A stretch of DNA of 63,309 bases, filler included. It is 8 parts of 8 records of this genome, joined end to end, with 100 filler letters (N's around TTAATTAATTAA, not from the genome) between each part and the next. Parts side by side here need not be neighbours in the genome. Positions count along the whole stretch, not along the records: positions 5,722 to 20,387 come from SRR31156797_48675; positions 20,488 to 29,796 come from SRR31156797_48688; 6 more parts are not named here. One strand, given 5' to 3'. The stretch's first letter is position 1. Each line of letters begins with the position of its first letter. Shown one piece after another: positions 18,959 to 28,994 of this stretch. Position numbers and translations under genes: made by a program. Below the pieces are notes generated by a model. That model saw nothing but the letters and a program-made list of their open reading frames with translations. It made no database searches and was not told the origin of the DNA.

Positions 18959-19921
18959 TTACTTTTCAAGATAGAGATTCTTCAGACGGTTCAGGAATTC
19001 CCGATCCCTCTGCTGTACGGCCCGGTCCAGGTCTTCTTCGGAAAAATCCACCGTATAATCGTAGAATCCCTTTCCGGTTTTGATGCCGTCATGCCCTTCC
19101 GCGGTCAGATCGGCCAGGGAGGCAGGCGTTGTGGTCGCGCTTTCAATCTGTGGGAGCAGGTTCTCACAAACGCTTCGCCAGAGTTTTACGCCACCCAGAT
19201 CGATGGTGAGCAAGGGGCCGATGCTGGCCAGGCGGAAGCCCATGCTTCCCTTGACGGCCCGGTCGATATCCGCAGCGCTGGCAACACCCATGTTGTGAAG
19301 GTTCAACACTTCCCGAACCATGGCGATCTGGATGCGGTTGACGATGAACCCCGGGATCTCCCAGTTGACCAGGACCGGAGATTTTTTGATTTTTTCCATG
19401 AGCCCATAGGCGATGTCTGCTGTTTCATCGCTGGTATCTTCGGTTTTCACCACTTCCACCGTGGGGACGATATGGGGGGGATTAAACCAGTGTGTAACCA
19501 CCAGTCTGGATTTCTGTTTTACCCGTTCCCCGATCTCCTTCAATGTCAAGGAAGAGGTATTGCTGGCTAGAATGGCGTTTTCCTTGGCAAAGGATTCTAC
19601 CTTTTCAAAAAGCCCCTGTTTGAGATTCAAGTCCTCGGGGACTGCTTCCACAATGAAGTCAGCGTCTGAAACCGCTTTTTCAAGATCGGTTGTTGTGGTC
19701 AGTTTTCCCATGCACGTTTCGATCTCTTCTTCTTTGATGATGTCCGATTTAAAAAAGAGTTCAAGGTTTTTTCTGACATGGGCCCTGGCGGTGGCCAGAA
19801 TGTCATCCGAGATGTCAAAAAGCATCACCGGGTATCCGCCCATTAAAAAAGTCTGGGCAATACCGTGGCCCATGATGCCGGATCCAAGTACCGTAATATT
19901 TTTAATGTCTTCAAGTTTCAT
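18959..19921 (-). CDS. 3-hydroxyacyl-CoA dehydrogenase family protein
   Basis: GSGIMGHGIA, EAVPE, ASNTSS, HWFNPP, GFIVNRIQ, KTGKGFYDY. Confidence 0.92.
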   Translation of the reverse strand: MKLEDIKNITVLGSGIMGHGIAQTFLMGGYPVMLFDISDDILATARAHVRKNLELFFKSDIIKEEEIETCMGKLTTTTDLEKAVSDADFIVEAVPEDLNLKQGLFEKVESFAKENAILASNTSSLTLKEIGERVKQKSRLVVTHWFNPPHIVPTVEVVKTEDTSDETADIAYGLMEKIKKSPVLVNWEIPGFIVNRIQIAMVREVLNLHNMGVASAADIDRAVKGSMGFRLASIGPLLTIDLGGVKLWRSVCENLLPQIESATTTPASLADLTAEGHDGIKTGKGFYDYTVDFSEEDLDRAVQQRDREFLNRLKNLYLEK

Positions 19922-19942
19922 TGTTTTGACTCCTGTATTTTG

Positions 19943-19977
19943 TAGCTGTTGGCCGTTAGCTCTTAGCCATTAGCTCA
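19943..19977. repeat. Intergenic heptamer tandem repeat, five copies
   Basis: TAGCTGT TGGCCGT TAGCTCT TAGCCAT TAGCTCA. Confidence 0.6.
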
Positions 19978-19978
19978 A

Positions 19979-20387
19979 TCAACCCGTTACGCTTTGTGTT
20001 TTTAGAAAATTATCGAGGATGGTCCGTTTCATGGTTTTTCCGGCCGCATTTCGAGGGAAATCTTCCAGAATAATCGCCTGATGAATCCGCTGGAATTTGG
20101 CGCTGACCCGTTTGTTGGTCCACTGAACCAGGTCCTCGGCGGTGATGCCGGCCGTTTCCGCCAGGGTGACGGCCGCAACCGGGGTTTCACCCCATTTTTC
20201 GTCTTGGATGCCGAATACCGCAGCTTCCATGACATCCGGGTGTTGAACGATAATCTCCTCAATGTCCTTGGGATATACGTTGACGCCGCCGGATATGATC
20301 AAGTCCTTCTTGCGATCCACCAGATAGAGAAAGCCGTCCTCATCCACGTAACCCATATCCCCCGTGTAAAGCCAACCGTTTACAACG
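19979..20387 (-). CDS. Acyl-CoA synthetase/AMP-binding enzyme, C-terminal part (5' truncated by contig end)
   Basis: [37 protein letters not shown]. Confidence 0.9.
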
Positions 20388-20487
20388 NNNNNNNNNNNNN
20401 NNNNNNNNNNNNNNNNNNNNNNNNNNNNNNNTTAATTAATTAANNNNNNNNNNNNNNNNNNNNNNNNNNNNNNNNNNNNNNNNNNNN
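20388..20487. other. Artificial contig spacer
   Basis: N-run, TTAATTAATTAA, N-run. Confidence 0.99.
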
Positions 20488-20488
20488 A

Positions 20489-20680
20489 GGAACAGTAAAA
20501 TGGTTTAACGATGCAAAGGGTTTTGGTTTCATTGAGCAGGATGGAGGAAAGGACGTATTCGTTCATCACTCTGCGATCCAAGCTCAGGGATTCAAATCTC
20601 TTGAAGAAAATGCACGCGTTAGCTTTGATATTGTTGACGGTCCCAAAGGACCATCTGCAGCAAATGTTGTTCAGCTGTAA
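20489..20680 (+). CDS. csp: Cold-shock protein (5' truncated; absent from the ORF track)
   Basis: Manual translation [63 protein letters not shown]. Confidence 0.95.
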   Translation, partial: GTVKWFNDAKGFGFIEQDGGKDVFVHHSAIQAQGFKSLEENARVSFDIVDGPKGPSAANVVQL

Positions 20681-20701
20681 AAGCTAGCTGCATCTGACCA
20701 C

Positions 20702-20735
20702 AAAAAAGGCTCCGCTTTTAGCGGGGCCTTTTTTT
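20702..20735 (+). terminator. Intrinsic terminator after csp
   Basis: AAAAAAGGCTCCGC-TTTTA-GCGGGGCC-TTTTTTT. Confidence 0.85.
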
Positions 20736-20788
20736 ATACAATGACGGCCATGGGAATTATCCTTATGGCTTTTTTTATGAGAACGTAA

Positions 20789-22420
20789 ATGATTACAGCA
20801 TCCAACATCGCTCTTTCCTACGGAAAAAGGGTCATTTTTAAAGATGTCAACATTAAGTTTACCCCAGGAAACTGCTACGGTCTAATTGGGGCAAACGGTG
20901 CAGGCAAATCAACTTTTCTTAAGATCCTTTCTGGAATTAAAGAACCTGACCATGGTGAAATTAGCAAGGGTCCGGGGCAGCGTGTTGCTATTCTCAACCA
21001 GGATCAATTTGCCTTTGATGAATATACTGTCTTAAACACAGTCATCACGGGACACCTTAAGCTGTATAAGGTAATGACCGAAAGAGATGCACTCTATGCC
21101 AAAGCCGACTTCAGTGAGAAAGATGGAATTCGCGCTGGAGAGCTTGAAATTAAATTCGGCGAACTCGGTGGATACGAAGCAGAAACTGAAGCTGCAGTAT
21201 TGCTCAACGGATTAGGTATCCCTGAGAGCCTTTTGCACAAACACATGAAAGAACTGGATGGAGCAGAAAAAGTTCGGGTTCTTTTGGCCCAGGCACTTTT
21301 CGGCAATCCTGACATTCTGCTTCTTGATGAACCGACCAACCAGCTTGATTTACAATCAATACAATGGCTGGAACACTTTCTTTCCCGCTTTCACAATACA
21401 GTAATCATCGTTTCCCATGACCGTCATTTTCTCAATCAAGTCTGTACCCACATGGCTGATATTGATTACGGGAAAATTCAGGTATATGTTGGAAATTACG
21501 ACTTCTGGTACCAGGCAAGCCAGCTCCATTTCCGTCAGAAGGAAACCGAAGGCAAAAAGGCCAGGGCCAAAGCCGATGAACTGAAAGAATTCATCAGACG
21601 CTTCAGCTCCAATGCCTCAAAGGCCAAGCAGGCAACCTCACGTAAAAAGCTGCTGGAAAAACTTACGATTGAAGAGATGCCTATTTCTTCAAGAAAGTAC
21701 CCCTACATTGTTTTTGCACCGGAACGTTCCTGCGGTGACGTCATACTTGAGGTTGACGGACTTTCAAAAACCATCGACGGCGAGACCATGTTCAAGGATC
21801 TCTCTTTCACCGTTAACAAAGGGGACAAAATCGCCTTTATTGGCACCAACAGCCTTGCAAAAACGACTCTTTTTAAGATCCTAACCGGGGAAATTGAAGC
21901 AGATGCAGGCAGCTTCCGTTGGGGAATAACAATCAACAACGCCTACTTTCCCAAGGAAAATAATACCTACTTCGAGGACAAGGGACTTGATCTTATAAGT
22001 TGGCTGCGTCAATTCTCACCTGTCGATGCCGATGAAGGTTTCATCCGCGGCTTCCTCGGAAAAATGCTTTTTTCAGGTGAAGAAGCTACCAAAAAAACCG
22101 CTGTCCTGTCTGGCGGCGAGAGAGTTCGCTGCATGCTTTCCAAAATGATGCTGGCCAAGGCCAACGCACTCATTCTTGATGAGCCAACCAACCATCTTGA
22201 TCTTGAATCCATTACCTCTCTCAACAACGGTCTCATTGCCTATCCCGAGATTGTGCTTTTTGCATCACATGACCATCAGTTTGTTTCCACAGTGGCTAAT
22301 CGAATCATAGAAATCAGTCCAGATGGCTTTACCGATGTAATGATGAACTTTGACGAGTATCTTGAAATGCAGGAAGAGAGCCATCAAGATGCGGATTACC
22401 TGAAGCAAAAAGCAGCATAA
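20789..22420 (+). CDS. ABC-F family ribosome-associated ATPase (YbiT-like)
   Basis: GANGAGKST, LLLDEPTN, SHDRHFL, second ABC domain LSGGE...LDEPTNHLD; no transmembrane segments. Confidence 0.92.
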   Translation: MITASNIALSYGKRVIFKDVNIKFTPGNCYGLIGANGAGKSTFLKILSGIKEPDHGEISKGPGQRVAILNQDQFAFDEYTVLNTVITGHLKLYKVMTERDALYAKADFSEKDGIRAGELEIKFGELGGYEAETEAAVLLNGLGIPESLLHKHMKELDGAEKVRVLLAQALFGNPDILLLDEPTNQLDLQSIQWLEHFLSRFHNTVIIVSHDRHFLNQVCTHMADIDYGKIQVYVGNYDFWYQASQLHFRQKETEGKKARAKADELKEFIRRFSSNASKAKQATSRKKLLEKLTIEEMPISSRKYPYIVFAPERSCGDVILEVDGLSKTIDGETMFKDLSFTVNKGDKIAFIGTNSLAKTTLFKILTGEIEADAGSFRWGITINNAYFPKENNTYFEDKGLDLISWLRQFSPVDADEGFIRGFLGKMLFSGEEATKKTAVLSGGERVRCMLSKMMLAKANALILDEPTNHLDLESITSLNNGLIAYPEIVLFASHDHQFVSTVANRIIEISPDGFTDVMMNFDEYLEMQEESHQDADYLKQKAA

Positions 22421-22436
22421 ATACTGTTCTAAAATA

Positions 22437-22475
22437 ACAAAAAAACCGGACAGCTTATCCTGCTGTCCGGTTCTT
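22437..22475. terminator. Terminator hairpin between convergent genes
   Basis: AACCGGACAGC-TTATCCT-GCTGTCCGGTT preceded by an A-run (U-tract on the minus strand). Confidence 0.75.
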
Positions 22476-22547
22476 GCCCATCCAATCGGGACCACAACCT
22501 CACAATCTCTTCCACGTTGAGGCACCAGTATAAAAAGTTCTACCAGC

Positions 22548-22733
22548 TCACCGATACAGATCCTTTCGTGCATCGATTCTACGCCGAAGTTGTTCACACT
22601 CATGTTCAGCAACAGCAAGTTCCCGGCGTAAACGATCCGAATCCACGCCAGTCGCATTTTCCAGCTCATCGCGCAAAGCATGTACTTTTTGCTGACTCTT
22701 ATAGAGTTCCACTGCTAACAATCTTATTGCCAT
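22548..22733 (-). CDS. Small coiled-coil hypothetical protein
   Basis: Helical heptad-like ORF in line with upstream minus-strand genes and upstream of the terminator. Confidence 0.6.
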   Translation of the reverse strand: MAIRLLAVELYKSQQKVHALRDELENATGVDSDRLRRELAVAEHECEQLRRRIDARKDLYR

Positions 22734-22780
22734 ACCTTGACTATCCTTTCCTGCCCACCATTTAAGATAAGCCGTTATTT

Positions 22781-23104
22781 CTATTTTTTAGCACAGATAT
22801 CAAGCACCTTGCCATCAGGTTTACTTAAACAGCCAACCAGCTGTTTCGCTTGTGTATCCGTTAAATCTGTACCATGCTCTACCATTGACTTTATGGTCCG
22901 TTTCCAGGTCCACGCTCCTTTTTTCTTTGCAATATCAGGACAGACATGGGTGACAAAATGACAGCTTGCGCATTTCTGCTCAATGAGCGGTCTACACTCC
23001 ACTGCCAAAACTTGGCTGGATGCTACCAATACCCATCCGGCAAAAAACAGGAACTTCCATGAAAGACCACTGGTAAAAAAAATCAAGAATCTTCTTCGTA
23101 TCAT
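22781..23104 (-). CDS. Small exported monoheme c-type cytochrome
   Basis: Signal peptide, CASCH heme motif, WKRTIKSM candidate distal Met. Confidence 0.75.
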   Translation of the reverse strand: MIRRRFLIFFTSGLSWKFLFFAGWVLVASSQVLAVECRPLIEQKCASCHFVTHVCPDIAKKKGAWTWKRTIKSMVEHGTDLTDTQAKQLVGCLSKPDGKVLDICAKK

Positions 23105-23229
23105 TTTTCTTTCTCAATTACCTTCCTTGCACAAAAAAATGCCCCATATCACAAAAAATGATCTTTGCGTATGAGGCACATTACAAATGCTACCGCAGGT
23201 CCATTTGCATCACATTGTTCTTCACTTTT

Positions 23230-24354
23230 TCAATGAGAAAAGAGCGGCAGGTGCTTTGCCGACATCTTATACAAAAATACGCCAATGGAAATGACTCCCA
23301 ATGAAACCAAAAATTCCATCCACGATGGCGAGTAACTCAAACCACGCCAGGCATTATAGCTTTCTTGACTGAAGAGGCAAACGTTCAACCTATTCAAGAG
23401 CACCCCGACAATGACGATAATATTGACCGCAAATATGACTCTAAGGTCATTGCGATATTTCTTTACCGCCAGAATAGCGACAGGCAACACAACACCAAGC
23501 AGCATCTCCAGCAGGTACATATTTCCTTCCACTGAACCATCAAATGCCATGCTAAAACTGGCAACCGTAAACAACTGGTATAGTTTTAACAACAGATAAA
23601 AAACGAGGACTATCAACATTCCTCGGGCAAGGCCGGTGAAAACTTCCTTATCAACCTCATGTTTGAAAAACTTCTTGCTTAAGGCCGTCTCAAAACTGAC
23701 CATGGCCATGCCCATCGCTACCGCAGAAACCAGAAAATGAAACGGCAGCTTAGTATCCCACCACAGAGGTGACATTTTTGAAGGGGAGATTAAGAATACT
23801 GCCCCCAGTGAAGATTGATGGAGGGTAGACAGCATGACCCCAAAAATAACAGCCCCAACCATAACCTTACCAACAGCCCTTCGTGCCTTTTCCCAACCCA
23901 GCCTTTCAAAAAGCATGGGACTGAACTCAAGAGCCAGAGTGGTAGTATAAAAAATGACATGCATGGCCACAACCCACATCACCGAATGATACTGCCACAT
24001 AATAGAAGGGTGCCACAGACGAAAAGGATGCCCGATATCTAAGAATAGGGCCAACACAGCCATCAAGTACCCTAAAAAAGCCGTCAGGATTGCCGGACGC
24101 ACAATGGGCCGATATTTCTTCCAATTAAAAAGATATACAGCACAGGCAATAATAAATCCACCTGCAGCCATTGCCACACCTCCGAGTACGTCAAGGCCAA
24201 GCCAAAACCCCCAGGGGTAAGCATCATTGAGATTAGTGGTCGCTCCCAGACCGTAAATCATGCGATACATACCGACCGCAATCCCGACAATAATCAACAC
24301 AACCATGACGAGCGTTGCCGGTGTCCAGGTTTTAATGTTCGGATTTGATTCCAT
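23230..24354 (-). CDS. hybB: NrfD/PsrC-family membrane subunit of Hyb hydrogenase (HybB-like)
   Basis: GLGATTNLNDAYPWG, RPAILTAFLGY, DIGHPFR, STLHQSSLG; multiple TM helices. Confidence 0.88.
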   Translation of the reverse strand: MESNPNIKTWTPATLVMVVLIIVGIAVGMYRMIYGLGATTNLNDAYPWGFWLGLDVLGGVAMAAGGFIIACAVYLFNWKKYRPIVRPAILTAFLGYLMAVLALFLDIGHPFRLWHPSIMWQYHSVMWVVAMHVIFYTTTLALEFSPMLFERLGWEKARRAVGKVMVGAVIFGVMLSTLHQSSLGAVFLISPSKMSPLWWDTKLPFHFLVSAVAMGMAMVSFETALSKKFFKHEVDKEVFTGLARGMLIVLVFYLLLKLYQLFTVASFSMAFDGSVEGNMYLLEMLLGVVLPVAILAVKKYRNDLRVIFAVNIIVIVGVLLNRLNVCLFSQESYNAWRGLSYSPSWMEFLVSLGVISIGVFLYKMSAKHLPLFSH

Positions 24355-24826
24355 TACTCTTCACCTCATATCCAAAGTTACGAAGTTGCTCGACAACAGC
24401 GCTGATGACCTTTTCCATGCCCGCCTCAACTTCGGGTGTGAGCCCTATCCCAACTTCCAACTCTTTGGGTTCGATGCCGTATAAAAATAATTTACCCGGC
24501 AGACAATCAGTTAACTGTGCCGCGGCCAGTACATCGGAAATCCCAAGTTGATGGGGAGATATGGATGTTAAAAAGACCTGGGGAACCTCTTCACCTGCAA
24601 CCAGAACACTGGTCCCCGGCTCCATGTCATTACGCAGAGCATCTATCAGGATCACCAAATCCTTGCCATCCATCAAGGATAGCAACTCAAACCCTGCAGT
24701 TCCCCCATCTATACACTCCAACCCTGGTGACATCTGATAGCGCCTGTTCAATTCTTCAACAGCCTTACAGCCTACACCTTCATCCCCAATCAGCAGGTTG
24801 CCGATACCTAACACTAGTGCATTCAA
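24332..24826 (-). CDS. hybD: Hydrogenase maturation endopeptidase (HybD-like)
   Basis: LGIGNLLIGDEGVG, DGGT, SPHQLGI. Confidence 0.92.
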   Translation of the reverse strand: MNALVLGIGNLLIGDEGVGCKAVEELNRRYQMSPGLECIDGGTAGFELLSLMDGKDLVILIDALRNDMEPGTSVLVAGEEVPQVFLTSISPHQLGISDVLAAAQLTDCLPGKLFLYGIEPKELEVGIGLTPEVEAGMEKVISAVVEQLRNFGYEVKSNGIKSEH

Positions 24827-24841
24827 TAGTTTTCTCCCCTA

Positions 24842-26542
24842 CTACAGAACTTTAACTTTGCCAATTGGCGCTCTCTTCTTATCGACCAGGTGAATAGCAC
24901 AAGCCAGACACGGGTCAAAGGAGTGTACTGTCCGCAAGACTTCTAACGGAAGTTCTGCATCAGCAATAGGGTTACCGACCAACGAGGCCTCATAGGGGCC
25001 CAGGGCATCCTGCCCGTTTCGAGGCCCTGCATTCCAAGTGGAAGGCACAACTGCCTGATAATTTTTAATTTTCCCGTTTTCGATAACGATCCAGTGTGAC
25101 AGAGTTCCCCGTGGTGCTTCATGAAAACCAACCCCACGCTGTTCCCCGGAAGGAAAGACAGGAGCGTTAAAGGTATCCAATTCACCCTTGCCAATATTGT
25201 CGATCAGGGCTTGCCACGACACTGCCATGGTGTCCCACAGCACAGCACAACGGATAACCCTGGCTGCGATACGACCAATGGTTGAGTGCAATGCATCTAT
25301 CCCGACGGTAGTCCCTGCCAGACTACTAACAGTTGCCAGAGTAGAATCAACATACTCCTTGGTACCGGCATGTCCAGCAAGATACATGGCTACTACATGG
25401 GGAAGTGGCCCCACCTGAGCAGGCTGCCCCATAAAGCTCGGCGCTTTAACCCACGAGTACTTATCTTCATAGTCATACCCTGTATAATTAGGTTCGGTCT
25501 CGCCATCATAAGGCGAGCGATCCCAGTCACCATCATACCAGGCATGCTTGATGCTTTCTTTGATGTTGTCGTACAGGACAGGATCTGTCTGAGAAGCTAT
25601 AGGTGCAAACTTACTTATATCACCATTGGGGATGTAACCACCGGCAAGCTGATACTCGGTTCCCTTGGAATCCATTGGCATATCAGGCACAGAAAGATAA
25701 TTGAGCACTCCAGCCCCGTATTGGGTCCAGTCCGCATAATTAGCACCGATAGCAGCTACATCGGTCAACATTGCCTGTTTAATAAAATCGCCCACCTCGT
25801 CAATCAAGGTCTTAACATTAAAAAGTTTCTCAATGGTTAAGGTTGAAGGGCTGTCCGGATTAATAGGGTTACTCACTCCGCCAACCGCAAGGGTCTGCAC
25901 ATGAGGAGTTTTACTGCCAAGGATCGCCACAACCTGGTTAATCTTTCGCTGATACTCAAGTGCCTGCAGGTAATGGGTTGCTGCCAGAAGGTTCACCTCC
26001 GGCGACAATTTCATTGCCGGATGCCCCCAGTAACCGCTGGCAAAAATACCGAGCTGGCCGGAGGCTATAAATTTTTTCAGACGATCCTGCACACCTTTCA
26101 TTTCCTCGTAGCTATTACGCCACCAGCCAGACAACTTTTGCCCTAAAGCAGCTGCAGCGCGAGGATCAGCCTTGGTAGCGGAGACGATATCCACCCAATC
26201 CAAAGCACAAAGCTGATAAAAATGAACGATATGATCATGAATACCGTGACCGGCTATCATCAGGTTTCGTATCAGCTGTGCATTAACTGGAATCTCCAAG
26301 TCAAGAGCATCCTCGACCGCCCGTACTGAAGCTATTGCATGCACCGTGGTGCAGACGCCGCATATACGCTGAGCATAGGCCCAAGCATCGCGGGGATCTC
26401 GGCCTTTAAGGATAATCTCAATACCCCGCCACATCTGCCCGGAAGACCAAGCATTGGTCACCTTGCCATTATCCACTTCGCAATCAATACGCAGGTGCCC
26501 CTCGATTCTGGTGACCGGATCTATTGTAATTTTTTTCGCCAT
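24842..26542 (-). CDS. hybC: [NiFe] hydrogenase large subunit, Hyb type
   Basis: DPVTRIEGH, L1 RICGVC, L2 DPCLACAIH with cleavable C-terminal tail; Cys rather than Sec. Confidence 0.95.
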   Translation of the reverse strand: MAKKITIDPVTRIEGHLRIDCEVDNGKVTNAWSSGQMWRGIEIILKGRDPRDAWAYAQRICGVCTTVHAIASVRAVEDALDLEIPVNAQLIRNLMIAGHGIHDHIVHFYQLCALDWVDIVSATKADPRAAAALGQKLSGWWRNSYEEMKGVQDRLKKFIASGQLGIFASGYWGHPAMKLSPEVNLLAATHYLQALEYQRKINQVVAILGSKTPHVQTLAVGGVSNPINPDSPSTLTIEKLFNVKTLIDEVGDFIKQAMLTDVAAIGANYADWTQYGAGVLNYLSVPDMPMDSKGTEYQLAGGYIPNGDISKFAPIASQTDPVLYDNIKESIKHAWYDGDWDRSPYDGETEPNYTGYDYEDKYSWVKAPSFMGQPAQVGPLPHVVAMYLAGHAGTKEYVDSTLATVSSLAGTTVGIDALHSTIGRIAARVIRCAVLWDTMAVSWQALIDNIGKGELDTFNAPVFPSGEQRGVGFHEAPRGTLSHWIVIENGKIKNYQAVVPSTWNAGPRNGQDALGPYEASLVGNPIADAELPLEVLRTVHSFDPCLACAIHLVDKKRAPIGKVKVL

Positions 26543-26623
26543 TCTCTTTCTCCTTTACGTGCTTCCCGCTACAGGATTTTGCAACTCGTGATATTCTGTA
26601 AAAAACTCAACAAATCCCCAAGA

Positions 26624-27646
26624 CTATTCGTTTGATTCATTGTCCTTATTTTTTTTCTTCTCCAGACGCTGGGTGACCAAGCGAGTCACAGTCCCAGCCA
26701 CAAGAAGAGTACCTATCAATTGAGGCACATGGGAGACGTAATCCCAGGTAAAGTCAGGATACACCTGGTTGGTGACTTTCGGGTTAAAGCCAATTTTATC
26801 GAAATCCACACCGGCAAGAAATAAATATTGAGTACCACCAGCCTCTTCCAGGCCATAGACATGGTCAACATATTCAGCCACAACCTGCTCTGTTTTCTGC
26901 CCATCTTCTACATGCTTTACCGGGTAGGCGTAGGTATCACCAGGTTTTAAAGCCAGTCGTCGTGTGGCCTCTTCCTGAAGATCGCTCACCTTGCCAAAAA
27001 GAGAAGCTCCGGTCGGGCAAGCCTCGCAGCAAGCGGAGTAGCCACCCTGGGCAAATCTATGGTTGCACAACTGGCATTTGACCACCGATGGAGATGACTT
27101 TTCCCACTCATACATGGGGATTCCAAACGGACAGGCGAGCTGGCAATATCGACAGCCAAAGCACTTATTTTTATCGTACGTCACAATGCCTGTTCCGGGT
27201 TGCTTCTTCAATGCTCCCACTGGGCAAACCGAGACGCATGCAGGATCAATACAATGGAGGCAATGTTGCTTTACAAAGGAAAAGTTTTCCTTACCACCCT
27301 CCTCTTCCGTTTTTCCACGATACGCCTTTATAATGCACAAGGTTTTATCTGACAGCGTAGTTGGGGCATCATATTTTTTGTCTTCACCTTCATATTCGTA
27401 AGGCACCTGTCCTGCTGTTTCTTTGTGGTACAATGCCCCGCCTGGTTCGGAATTGACCTTTTTACAATTGACCATGCACGACATACAACCAATGCACAAT
27501 GTGGCATCATAAAGGATGCCCACCGCATCGGGAGAAAGCTCCTTCTTCCCCCTAGCTGCGGACACCTTGGCATCCGTTGCCAGCACCAAGCCGGTGCCAG
27601 CTGAAAATTTGAGAAAATCCCGTCTATTTATAGCCATGGTTTTCAC
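26624..27646 (-). CDS. hybA: Hydrogenase ferredoxin-like subunit (HybA)
   Basis: Tat motif NRRDFLK, four Cys clusters (CIGCMSC, CLHCIDPAC, CFGCRYC, CQLC), GGTQ, C-terminal TM. Confidence 0.92.
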   Translation of the reverse strand: MKTMAINRRDFLKFSAGTGLVLATDAKVSAARGKKELSPDAVGILYDATLCIGCMSCMVNCKKVNSEPGGALYHKETAGQVPYEYEGEDKKYDAPTTLSDKTLCIIKAYRGKTEEEGGKENFSFVKQHCLHCIDPACVSVCPVGALKKQPGTGIVTYDKNKCFGCRYCQLACPFGIPMYEWEKSSPSVVKCQLCNHRFAQGGYSACCEACPTGASLFGKVSDLQEEATRRLALKPGDTYAYPVKHVEDGQKTEQVVAEYVDHVYGLEEAGGTQYLFLAGVDFDKIGFNPKVTNQVYPDFTWDYVSHVPQLIGTLLVAGTVTRLVTQRLEKKKNKDNESNE

Positions 27647-27663
27647 ACTCCCCCTTTACGGTT

Positions 27664-28767
27664 TCAGTCTTCGTCCTTGCCACGTGTACTTGCAAGCGCT
27701 ACAGCCGTTGCACCTACTGCAGCTCCAGCCACACCATAGGCAAAACTCTTAGCACCACCGCCTTTCTCTGGCACAGCTTCAGTAAACTGGAGCGGAGGTG
27801 TGGGGAAACTAACTCTGGCTTTAGAGAATAATGGACTGTCAAAACCGACTCCAGCTTCTGAACAACCGAAGCAAGGAGCACCTGATCCTACAGGCCAACA
27901 ACCGGTGGAGGACACATCGCCAAAATGAAGGGTCGAGCAGTTGTTAAAGGTCTCTGGCCCTTTGCATCCAAGTTTATAAAGACAGTATCCTTTGCTATGA
28001 CCTTCATCGCCAAATTCTTCGGCAAACCGCCCGGCATCAAAATGGGGACGCCGCTCACAGTTCTCATGAATACGCCTGGCATAGGCAAACTTGGGACGCA
28101 TCTTGTCATCTAAGGCTGGCAGCTTATTAAAGGTGACATAATGGATGACTGTTGACAGAAAGTTATACGGATTGGGAGGGCAACCAGGGATATTGACCAC
28201 CGGAATCCCTTTTTCCTTGAGAATTTCATGAACAGGGGTGGCACCAGTTGGATTAGGAGCTGCAGCAGCGACACCACCCCAGGCAGCACAGGAGCCGATG
28301 GCAATGACAGCAGCAGCGAGCGGAGCGGTTTCGTTGAGGATATCGAGGACAGGCTTACCGGCTATCTGGCAGTATACCCCACCGTCCTTTACAGGAATTG
28401 CCCCATCAACAACCAGAATAAATTTTCCTTTATTGGCCTCAATGGAGAGCGCCCTGTGGTGTTCTGCCTGATGCCCGGAACCAGCATTGAGTGTTTCAGA
28501 ATACTCGAGGGAGATAAGATCAAAAATAAGACTATCGATCGTCGGGTGATCGGTACGTAGAAGTGACTCCACGCAACCAGTGCACTCTTGGCCGGAGAGC
28601 CATATAACGGGAGGCCTTTGCGCAGATGTAACAGCCTCTGCCATTTTTGGAGCAACTGTCAAAGGAAGTCCCATACTTGCTGCTACCCCTGTACAGAATT
28701 TCACAAAATCTCTTCGCGTGACACCGCCCAACTGCTTATCGTTGCTGCTCGCTACCTTTGACTTCAT
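27664..28767 (-). CDS. hybO: [NiFe] hydrogenase small subunit (HybO/HybS)
   Basis: Tat motif TRRDFVK, QECTGC, GSCAAWGG, PGCPPNP, CLYKLGCKGP, C-terminal anchor. Confidence 0.95.
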   Translation of the reverse strand: MKSKVASSNDKQLGGVTRRDFVKFCTGVAASMGLPLTVAPKMAEAVTSAQRPPVIWLSGQECTGCVESLLRTDHPTIDSLIFDLISLEYSETLNAGSGHQAEHHRALSIEANKGKFILVVDGAIPVKDGGVYCQIAGKPVLDILNETAPLAAAVIAIGSCAAWGGVAAAAPNPTGATPVHEILKEKGIPVVNIPGCPPNPYNFLSTVIHYVTFNKLPALDDKMRPKFAYARRIHENCERRPHFDAGRFAEEFGDEGHSKGYCLYKLGCKGPETFNNCSTLHFGDVSSTGCWPVGSGAPCFGCSEAGVGFDSPLFSKARVSFPTPPLQFTEAVPEKGGGAKSFAYGVAGAAVGATAVALASTRGKDED

Positions 28768-28994
28768 CAGCTAACCTCCTTGGTTTGTGTACAGGTGTCT
28801 CCACCTTGACAAACTGGTAATTGGACAAGCCTTGCTGTCACAGCATACGATCACGCGCAATAATGGCCGCTTGTGATTTTACGTCCTACTCTCCAGGCTA
28901 CCTTCAAAAAATACTTTTGAGGCACCTCTATTATTTAAAAAAATAAAAACCTGCGACAGCCCTCTCTTTATTCGATTCACTTTCCGGATACATG

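Noticed and set aside
24842-24920. Possible [NiFeSe] hydrogenase or selenocysteine recoding
   Set aside because: The L2 motif is DPCLAC with ordinary Cys codons and no in-frame TGA.
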